Source of the DNA: an uncultured Bariatricus sp. | Lineage (GTDB): Bacteria; Bacillota; Clostridia; Lachnospirales; Lachnospiraceae | DNA: 64,000 nt | NCBI GenBank assembly: GCA_934320645.1 | Contig: CAKRFP010000012.1 | Coordinates: 388-64,387, forward strand | Direction of reading: 5' to 3' | Shown: in pieces, positions 1 to 6,961 of the stretch | Layout of the letters: every line of letters begins with the position of its first letter | Position numbering within the stretch: the stretch's first letter is position 1 | The notes under the pieces: model-generated | Told to the model about the DNA's origin: nothing | Seen by the model: only the letters and a program-made list of their open reading frames with translations | Databases searched by the model: none | Translations under genes and position numbers: made by a program

Positions 1-2
1 GA

Positions 3-749
3 GTGTTTTTTTCATCCATTTTCCTCTGGTTTTTTCTGCGTTTTAAGAAGCAGAAAATTCGCCTGGAGGAGAAAAGTGATTATTTTTGGATGATCGGAGC
101 CGGAATGGTTCTTGCGGTACACTGGAGCAGTTATATGCAGTCGATTCAGAGTTCGACTGTTGCTGTTGGGACGCTTACGGTATCTACATTTCCAGTATTT
201 GTAATTTTTCTGGAGCCATATCTGTTTCATGAAAAACTGAAAAAATCAGATGTATTTTGTACACTGATGATGCTGGTCGGAGTTTTCTTTATCGTACCGG
301 CATTTCAGATGGACAATCAGATCACACAGGGAGTTCTGTGGGGACTTTTGAGTGCGTTTACTTATGCAGTGCTTTCACTGATGAACCGGCGTTTTTCCTG
401 TAAATACCCGGCGACATTGGTGTCCTTTTATGAACAGGGAACAGCGACGATCGTCCTGCTTCCGACATTTTTGGTGTTAAAGCCGGTGATCACACTGGCA
501 GATGCGGGTGTTCTGATGATGCTGGGAATTATTTTCACTGCGGTTGCACATTCTTTATTTATCGGTGGGCTTCGGACGGTCAAGGTAAGGACAGCGGGGA
601 TTCTGTCCGGACTGGAGCCGGTATACGGAATTCTGAGTGCATTTCTCTTTTTGAAAGAAGTTCCAAGCTTCCGGGAGTGCCTTGGTGGCGTGATCATTCT
701 GGTTGCAGTTTTCTTATCGACACTGAAGCCGGAAGAGAAAGAAAAATAG
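3..749 (+). CDS. EamA/DMT family transporter (5' end cut by window edge)
   Basis: ORF open to window start; multiple hydrophobic TM segments in two EamA-like halves; stop TAG 747-749. Confidence 0.7.
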   Translation: MFFSSIFLWFFLRFKKQKIRLEEKSDYFWMIGAGMVLAVHWSSYMQSIQSSTVAVGTLTVSTFPVFVIFLEPYLFHEKLKKSDVFCTLMMLVGVFFIVPAFQMDNQITQGVLWGLLSAFTYAVLSLMNRRFSCKYPATLVSFYEQGTATIVLLPTFLVLKPVITLADAGVLMMLGIIFTAVAHSLFIGGLRTVKVRTAGILSGLEPVYGILSAFLFLKEVPSFRECLGGVIILVAVFLSTLKPEEKEK

Positions 750-803
750 CCGAAGCTTCACTGGCAGGAAGGTTTGTCAGAAGGACAGAAAGGAAGGACT
801 GGC

Positions 804-1430
804 ATGAAAAAGGAACTGGAATATTTTACAATAGCCGGTGAATTTGGCGGAAATCAGGACTGGTTTACCAATGTGGTCATGCATGTGGGTGGCTGCGCTG
901 CGGCAACTGCATGCGATAGCTGTATCTATTTTGCAAGAAAATTTGGGATGAAAAGCCTGTATCCGTTTGATACATGGAAGTTGAATAAAGAAGAATATAA
1001 AAAATACAGCCAGATCATGAAGCCTTATCTGAGACCGCGAATCAATGGAGTTAACAAATTATATCTGTATACGGATGGATTCCGCGAATATCTGAAGGAT
1101 AGGCAGGAAGATGGTGGAGTTTGTGTTTCTGCGGAAATGAAAGAATTTTCCGGGGAGCATACGGTGACGGAGGCAAAGCAGTTTGTCAGACAGCAGATTG
1201 GAAAGGAGATACCGATCCCGTATCTGATGCTCCGGCACAAGAATAAAGAGAAGTTTGAAGATTTTATCTGGCACTGGTTTCTGGTGATCGGTTATGAAGA
1301 AAAAGAGGACGGATTCTGGATCCGAGTTGCGACCTATGGGGAAGAAACTTGGCTGAACCTGGAAGAACTTTGGAATACCGGAGAAAAAGAAAAGGGCGGT
1401 ATGATCGGATATCGTCTGGAAAATGTATAA
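804..1430 (+). CDS. hypothetical protein, possible papain-like/BtrH-like cysteine peptidase or acyltransferase fold
   Basis: ATG 804 after GAAAGGAAGG; soluble 208 aa; HVGGCAAATACD candidate nucleophile Cys and late HWFLVIGY His; function not established. Confidence 0.5.
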   Translation: MKKELEYFTIAGEFGGNQDWFTNVVMHVGGCAAATACDSCIYFARKFGMKSLYPFDTWKLNKEEYKKYSQIMKPYLRPRINGVNKLYLYTDGFREYLKDRQEDGGVCVSAEMKEFSGEHTVTEAKQFVRQQIGKEIPIPYLMLRHKNKEKFEDFIWHWFLVIGYEEKEDGFWIRVATYGEETWLNLEELWNTGEKEKGGMIGYRLENV

Positions 1431-1511
1431 AGACTTTCTAAAAACTATTTACGGACGGGAAAAGTTCCGTTACAATAGGTAGAGAAATCAATGAAAAGGA
1501 GATTGTGTAAA

Positions 1512-2030
1512 ATGGCAAATCCAGTAGTAAGATTTGAAATGGAAAATGGCGATGTGATCAAAGCGGAATTATATCCGGAGATCGCACCGAATACAGTAAA
1601 TAACTTTGTATCTCTTGTAAATAAGGGATTCTATGACGGACTGATCTTCCACCGCGTAATCAGCGGATTCATGATCCAGGGAGGATGCCCGGACGGAACT
1701 GGAATGGGTGGTCCTGGATACAGCATCAAGGGAGAATTTAAGCAGAACGGTTTCAATAATGAACTGAAGCATGAACCAGGCGTTCTTTCGATGGCACGTG
1801 CGATGCATCCGGATTCAGCAGGATCCCAGTTCTTTATCATGCATAAGACTTCACCGCATCTTGATGGTGCATATGCCGCTTTTGGTAAAGTTACAGAAGG
1901 GATGGAAGTTGTAAATAAAATTGCCGAGACAGCAACGGATTACAGCGACAGACCACTGGAAGAACAGAAGATGAAAAAAGTGACTGTTGAGACTTTCGGA
2001 GAGGCTTATCCAGAACCGGAAAGAGCATAA
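1512..2030 (+). CDS. ppiB: peptidylprolyl isomerase, cyclophilin type
   Basis: FHRVISGFMIQGGCP and SMARA..DSAGSQFFI cyclophilin signatures; ATG 1512 downstream of AAAGGAG. Confidence 0.9.
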   Translation: MANPVVRFEMENGDVIKAELYPEIAPNTVNNFVSLVNKGFYDGLIFHRVISGFMIQGGCPDGTGMGGPGYSIKGEFKQNGFNNELKHEPGVLSMARAMHPDSAGSQFFIMHKTSPHLDGAYAAFGKVTEGMEVVNKIAETATDYSDRPLEEQKMKKVTVETFGEAYPEPERA

Positions 2031-2073
2031 TCAAAGCTACGAAGCAGACAATATTTGTGAAGACAGAATAATA

Positions 2074-2166
2074 AAGACAGGGGAGCCGGTGAAACGAAGG
2101 CTGAGAGGAAGCAAAAGAGCTTCGACCCTTTTACCTGATGCGGATCATGCCGCCGTAGGAAGTCAT
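2074..2166 (+). promoter_or_regulatory. TPP (THI-box) riboswitch aptamer
   Basis: GGGGAGC..GGCTGAGAG..ACCC..TACCTGATGCGGATCATGCCGCCGTAGGAA matches TPP aptamer core (CTGAGA, ACCTGAT, GGAT-ATGCC-GC-TAGGAA); thiD and cytX downstream. Confidence 0.85.
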
Positions 2167-2178
2167 AATGATTTTTTC

Positions 2179-2212
2179 GGAGACACTTGCATGTCGCAGG
2201 TGTCTCTTTTTT
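2179..2212 (+). terminator. riboswitch expression-platform intrinsic terminator
   Basis: GGAGACACTTGC-ATGT-CGCAGGTGTCTC followed by TTTTTT. Confidence 0.8.
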
Positions 2213-2539
2213 CGTGTGCTGAGCATGGCACTAATCTTACTGGTGCAAGTCCAGTCACGGGTATTTACCGCCAAGTGTAGCGAACCACAAGTCGATTAGG
2301 TGGGTAAGATTGCTGTTATTTAGAAAGAAATTCAGCAGGAAAATCCTTCTAAATAAGTGTACTACGTGCCGAAGATGTGCACTCGCATGAAGTGGAAAAA
2401 TGCCGCAGGCGGTGCGGTCTACGCTACGTTTCGGTTGTTGCTTGACGAGCACCATTGTCGGTCGCAATGTGCCTGGCGCGGAAATATACGAAAGCATATT
2501 TTATTCAACAGAATTACAAAAAGAGAGGAAGAGAGACAA

Positions 2540-3352
2540 ATGAGAACAGCACTTACTGTTGCAGGAAGCGATTCAAGTGGAGGAGCAGGTATCCAGGCGG
2601 ATATCAAGACAATGATCAGTAACGGAGTTTATGCTATGAGCGCAATTACGGCTCTTACTGCACAGAATACAACCGGAGTTACCGGAATTATGGAGGCAAC
2701 GCCGGAATTCCTTGGAGAACAGCTGGATAATATTTTCACGGATATTTACCCGGATGCAGTAAAGATCGGAATGGTATCTTCAAGTGGTCTGATCACAATG
2801 ATCGCAGACAAATTAAAAGAATACGATGCGAAGAATATCGTAGTTGATCCGGTCATGGTAGCAACAAGTGGGGCAAGACTGATCAGTGAGGAAGCGATTG
2901 ACGCACTGAAAAGCCGCCTGCTTCCGATGGCAACCGTTCTGACTCCGAATATCCCGGAAGCAGAAGTACTTGCAGGTATGAAAATCCAGTCACAGGAAGA
3001 CATGATCAAAGCAGCAGAGGAAATCGGTACCAAATACCACTGTGCAGTTCTCTGCAAAGGCGGACACAAGCTGAATGATGCCAATGATCTGCTGTGGAGA
3101 GACGGCGGATACAAGTGGTTCTACGGAGAACGGATCGACAATCCGAATACCCACGGAACCGGATGCACCCTGTCCAGTGCGATCGCATCCAATCTGGCAA
3201 AAGGCTATGATCTGGACGAGTCTGTAGAACGTGCGAAGAAATACATTTCCGGAGCACTTGCAGCAATGCTGGATCTTGGAAAAGGCAGTGGCCCGATGAA
3301 CCATGGATTTGCGATTAAAAATGAATATACAGAAAGCAAAGTGGAGGAATAG
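2540..3352 (+). CDS. thiD: bifunctional hydroxymethylpyrimidine/phosphomethylpyrimidine kinase
   Basis: MRTALTVAGSDSSGGAGIQADIKT.. and GTGCTLSSAIA ThiD/PfkB-like motifs; ATG 2540 after GAGAGGAAGAGAG; long upstream extension of the track ORF rejected. Confidence 0.9.
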   Translation: MRTALTVAGSDSSGGAGIQADIKTMISNGVYAMSAITALTAQNTTGVTGIMEATPEFLGEQLDNIFTDIYPDAVKIGMVSSSGLITMIADKLKEYDAKNIVVDPVMVATSGARLISEEAIDALKSRLLPMATVLTPNIPEAEVLAGMKIQSQEDMIKAAEEIGTKYHCAVLCKGGHKLNDANDLLWRDGGYKWFYGERIDNPNTHGTGCTLSSAIASNLAKGYDLDESVERAKKYISGALAAMLDLGKGSGPMNHGFAIKNEYTESKVEE

Positions 3353-3356
3353 AAGC

Positions 3357-4529
3357 ATGAATGAAAAGAGAACCTCTATCTTTGAAAACGGACTGATCTG
3401 GTTTGGGGCAGGGGTATCCCTTGCCGAAATCCTGACAGGAACCTATTTTGCACCGCTTGGATTCGGAAAAGGTGTTCTGGCGATTATCCTTGGTCATATC
3501 ATTGGATGCACCATGCTTTTCCTTGCCGGAGTAATTGGTGGAAAGACCAGACGCAGTGCAATGGAAACAGTTAAAATGAGTTTTGGTGAGAAGGGCGGAG
3601 TATTCTTTTCTTTCTTAAATGTGCTGCAGCTTGTAGGCTGGACAGCGATCATGATTTATGATGGGGCACTTGCAGCAAATGGTGTTCTTCATACCGGCAG
3701 ATGGGTATGGTGTCTGGTGATCGGTGCACTGATCATCTTATGGATTGTGATCGGAATCACAAATCTTGGCAAGATCAATACGGTTGCAATGGCTGCTTTA
3801 TTTATCCTGACACTGGTGCTCAGCAGAGTGATCTTTGGTGACGGATCGGTAGCAGGCGCAGGCGGAGATGCCATGACGTTTGGTGCAGCGGTAGAGCTTT
3901 CCGTTGCCATGCCACTTTCCTGGCTGCCACTGATCAGTGACTATACAAGAGAAGCAAAAGAACCGGTAAAAGCAACCGCAGTCAGCGCTGTTGTCTATGG
4001 AGTTGTCAGCTGTTGGATGTATGTGATCGGTATGAACGCCGCGATTTACACAGGAGAGTCTGATATTGCAAATATCATGGTGAAGGCCGGACTTGGAATA
4101 GCAGGACTTCTGATCATTGTATTTTCTACCGTTACGACCACTTTCCTGGATGCTTACTCAGCAGGAATTTCGTCAGAGTCAGTATTTTCAAAAATCAATG
4201 GAAAATATGCAGCAATTGTTGTAACTGTGATCGGAATGATCGGAGCGATCGTTTATCCGATGGACAACATTACCGATTTCCTGTACCTGATCGGTTCCGT
4301 ATTCGCGCCGATGATCGCAATTCAGATTGCGGATTTCTTTATTCTGAAGAGAAAGGACAGCCTGAGGGTATCTCTGGATGTCATGAATGGTGTGATCTGG
4401 GTGATCGGTTTTATACTTTATCGTATTTTGATGAATGTGGATATTCCGCTTGGAAATACACTTCCGGATATGGTCATCACCATCGTGATCTGTATTCTTG
4501 CAAGAAAATGTATAAAGACAGAAAAATAG
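3357..4529 (+). CDS. cytX: putative hydroxymethylpyrimidine transporter CytX (NCS1 family permease)
   Basis: ~12 TM permease immediately downstream of thiD under the TPP riboswitch, the classic cytX context; ATG 3357. Confidence 0.7.
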   Translation: MNEKRTSIFENGLIWFGAGVSLAEILTGTYFAPLGFGKGVLAIILGHIIGCTMLFLAGVIGGKTRRSAMETVKMSFGEKGGVFFSFLNVLQLVGWTAIMIYDGALAANGVLHTGRWVWCLVIGALIILWIVIGITNLGKINTVAMAALFILTLVLSRVIFGDGSVAGAGGDAMTFGAAVELSVAMPLSWLPLISDYTREAKEPVKATAVSAVVYGVVSCWMYVIGMNAAIYTGESDIANIMVKAGLGIAGLLIIVFSTVTTTFLDAYSAGISSESVFSKINGKYAAIVVTVIGMIGAIVYPMDNITDFLYLIGSVFAPMIAIQIADFFILKRKDSLRVSLDVMNGVIWVIGFILYRILMNVDIPLGNTLPDMVITIVICILARKCIKTEK

Positions 4530-4536
4530 ATTTGAA

Positions 4537-4577
4537 AGAAAATGGAAATGCCGTGTTGACATTTCCGTTTTCTTTTG
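4537..4577 (+). terminator. intrinsic terminator after cytX
   Basis: AGAAAATGGAAATG / CATTTCCGTTTTCT hairpin plus T run. Confidence 0.7.
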
Positions 4578-4744
4578 ACAGAATATGTAGCGATCTACAG
4601 AATAGAGGTGGAAAAATGAATGATGATGCCTGGGAACATGGTAAAAGTTTATAAGAAAGAAGTTTTGGAGAATTTAGTTAGAGAATGGAATAAAGTAGGA
4701 TTTTTATCCTGCAAAATATATATGGGAAAAAGAGTTGGGCAGAA

Positions 4745-4949
4745 TGAAAAAAGAGTTTACGACATATGATCGGGGGAAATGTCGTAAACTCTTTTTTCTG
4801 TAATTTCATTAAAGGAGAAATGAAAATAAAAAGTATCAAAATACTGAAAACGTCTTATTTGGTTTTGATTCCCAATCAAGTGGGGCAATTGTGACTGACT
4901 AAGATGCCGCCCCACCAAGGAATTCTTATCTAGTTGTTATCTTCAAGCT
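4745..4949 (-). ncRNA. candidate sRNA, paralog 1 of 3 (longer 5' region with extra GTGGGGC/GCCCCAC hairpin)
   Basis: Minus-strand promoter TATACA (4984-4979) - 17 nt - TATTAT (4961-4956); conserved body; strong terminator hairpin 4747-4797 with T run on the minus strand. Confidence 0.4.
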
Positions 4950-5125
4950 GATATTATAATACCAAGAGGACAGGGATTTGTATATTCGCAAAAAAAACAA
5001 AAGAAAAAAAGTTAAAAAAATAAAATTGTGCAATATAACAGGTGGAAAATCAATTTGTACAAAAGGTCTTTTAAAATCTGGAAAATGATGATAAATGTTG
5101 CATAATACACAAAAATGAGCACAAA

Positions 5126-5420
5126 TCATTTATTTAAAATTTGCTGAACTTTATGGAGGTCAATTGGGTTTGCGAGGTATTTGTTTATGCCACTTTCCAT
5201 AGCCTTGATAATATCATCCGGAAAGATATTGGCAGTCAGAGCAATAATTGGAATCTCTCTGGCATAGGATGTTGGAAGGCTGCGGAATCCATCAAAATGA
5301 AAATTGTCAGAGGTATCAGCGTTTTCTTCGGTGATCGATTTCGCCGCCAAAAGGAGTATATTTTACGGCATTGGACAAAATGTTGGTAAAGATCTGCCGC
5401 AGACGTACCTGAATGTCTTT
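5126..5420 (-). pseudogene. remnant of a hybrid sensor histidine kinase (HATPase N-box fragment joined to a receiver-domain C-terminal fragment)
   Basis: Minus-strand translation gives RLRQIFTNILSNAVKYTPFGGEI (N box), then frame break, then ..IPIIALTANIFPDDIIKAMESGINKYLANPIDLHKVQQIL (receiver C-terminus); no HisKA or G boxes, no start. Confidence 0.6.
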
Positions 5421-5456
5421 AAAAATATGTGGGTAGTATCAGAAAAAATTCAGAAA

Positions 5457-5598
5457 AGAAAAAGAGCTTACGACATATGATCGGGGGAAATGTCGTAAAC
5501 TCTTTTTCCAATAATTTCATTAAAGGAGAAATGAAAATAAAAAGTATCAAAATACTGAAAACGTCTTATTCTGTTCGGTTAAGTGTTATCCTTAACTT
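5457..5598 (-). ncRNA. candidate sRNA, paralog 2 of 3
   Basis: Minus-strand promoter TATACA (5633-5628) - 17 nt - TATGAT (5610-5605); 5' hairpin GTTAAGGATAACACTTAAC, anti-SD hairpin, terminator 5459-5507. Confidence 0.45.
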
Positions 5599-5885
5599 GA
5601 ATTTATCATAGCATTTGCCGCAAGTTTTGTATATTCGCAAAAAAAACTAAAAGAAGCAAAAAGTTAAAATAAAATTGTGCAAAATAACGAGGTGTGAAAC
5701 AAGATTGACAAAAGAATGCAAAAAAAGGAAATTTTAACGGTGAAAATATATAATGTCTAATAATTAACAAAAGGTTACAGAAAGTTACAAGAAAAACTGT
5801 GATTAAAAAAACTTTTATCAAAAAGGCTGGAAAATAAGATACGATTAACGAAATGATCAGTTGTAGGATGAGAGATTTAGATAAT

Positions 5886-6026
5886 AGAAAAAGAGCTTAC
5901 GACATATAATCGGGGGAAATGTCGTAAGCTCTTTTTCTGTAATTTCATTAAAGGAGAAATGAAAATAAAAAGTATCAAAATACTGAAAACGTCTTATTTC
6001 GTTTGGTTAAGTGGTATCCTTAACTT
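5886..6026 (-). ncRNA. candidate sRNA, paralog 3 of 3
   Basis: Minus-strand promoter TTTACA (6061-6056) - 17 nt - TATTAT (6038-6033); hairpins GUUAAGGAUACCACUUAAC, AGUAU-UUUG-AUACU, UUUCAUU-UCUCCUUU-AAUGAAA; terminator 5888-5936 with C5 loop. Confidence 0.45.
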
Positions 6027-6237
6027 GCTATTATAATACCATGAGTGTGTCGATGTGTAAATTCGCAGAAAAGACAAATGTTACAAAAATGACCTCATAA
6101 AATTATGCAATATTACTAAAAATGAGGAAAAAGAGAGAAAATATGAAAGTTTTATAATCTTAAGACTTCTTATTTGAATTGCTTTTCCAATATGTTAAAA
6201 TTAGAAAAAGCAGAAAATTTTACGGATAAGGGGACAG

Positions 6238-6945
6238 ATGATGAAAGAATTTGTTGAAATGCGGGATGTCCGCAAGATTTACCGGATGGGTGAGGTTGAG
6301 ATTGCGGCAGCAGACGGAATTGATTTTCAGATAAAAAAGGGCGAATTTGCGGTTGTAGTAGGTCCAAGTGGTGCCGGAAAGACAACGGTGCTGAATATTC
6401 TTGGAGGAATGGATACCGCAACGAGTGGAGATGTCTGGATTGACGGAAAGAATATTGCAAAATATTCACCAAGACAGCTAACTTCTTATAGAAGAGATGA
6501 TATCGGTTTTGTTTTTCAGTTTTACAATCTGATTCCAAACCTGACAGCACTTGAGAATGTAGAGCTGGCACTTCAAATCTGCAAAGATCCGCTGGATGCG
6601 GAAATGGTTTTAAAAGAAGTAGGACTGGCAGATCGTATGAAGAATTTCCCGGCACAGCTTTCAGGCGGGGAGCAGCAGAGGGTATCCATTGCCCGTGCGC
6701 TGGCAAAGAATCCAAAGCTTCTTTTGTGTGATGAGCCGACAGGAGCACTGGATTATAATACCGGTAAAGCAATTCTGAAACTTTTACAGGATATGTGCCG
6801 GGAACGTGGAATGACTGTGATCCTAATCACGCACAATTCAGCGATCACACCGATGGCAGACCGGGTGATTAAGATGAAGAACGGAAAAGTCGGCAGCATG
6901 AAGCTGAATGAAAGACCGGTTCCGGTAGAGACGATTGAATGGTAG
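6238..6945 (+). CDS. ABC transporter ATP-binding protein (MacB/LolD-like)
   Basis: Walker [11 protein letters not shown]-loop, signature LSGGEQQRV, Walker B LLLCDEPT. Confidence 0.9.
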   Translation: MMKEFVEMRDVRKIYRMGEVEIAAADGIDFQIKKGEFAVVVGPSGAGKTTVLNILGGMDTATSGDVWIDGKNIAKYSPRQLTSYRRDDIGFVFQFYNLIPNLTALENVELALQICKDPLDAEMVLKEVGLADRMKNFPAQLSGGEQQRVSIARALAKNPKLLLCDEPTGALDYNTGKAILKLLQDMCRERGMTVILITHNSAITPMADRVIKMKNGKVGSMKLNERPVPVETIEW

Positions 6946-6961
6946 GTGGACGTAAGGACCG

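Noticed and set aside
2357-2539. N-terminal 61-aa extension of thiD given by the ORF track
   Set aside because: The extension has no similarity to ThiD, is rich in Cys/Arg/Trp and lacks an RBS. The conserved ThiD N-terminus starts at the ATG at 2540, which has a purine-rich RBS.
2216-2540. Cobalamin riboswitch, T-box or tRNA-like gene in the thiD leader (GGTGCAAGTCC and ATTAGGTGGG strings)
   Set aside because: The B12 core (AGGGAA..GCCACTG, B12 box) is absent. The T-box core GGGTGGTACCGCG with a following terminator is absent. The T-arm-like hairpin has no acceptor, D or anticodon arms. It is left as an unassigned structured region.
4820-6036. Plus-strand micro-ORFs MKIKSIKILKTSY.. (4820-4894, 5531-5611, 5959-6036) with apparent AAAGGAGAA RBS
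   Set aside because: Not called as CDS. Each is preceded within 25 nt by a strong terminator hairpin, with no room for a plus-strand promoter. The RBS-like sequence is also the complement of a hairpin loop in the better-supported minus-strand transcript. It is kept as an alternative hypothesis in the findings.
6170-6772. 200-aa minus-strand ORF
   Set aside because: It is antisense to the ABC ATPase gene, which has full Walker A/B and signature motifs.
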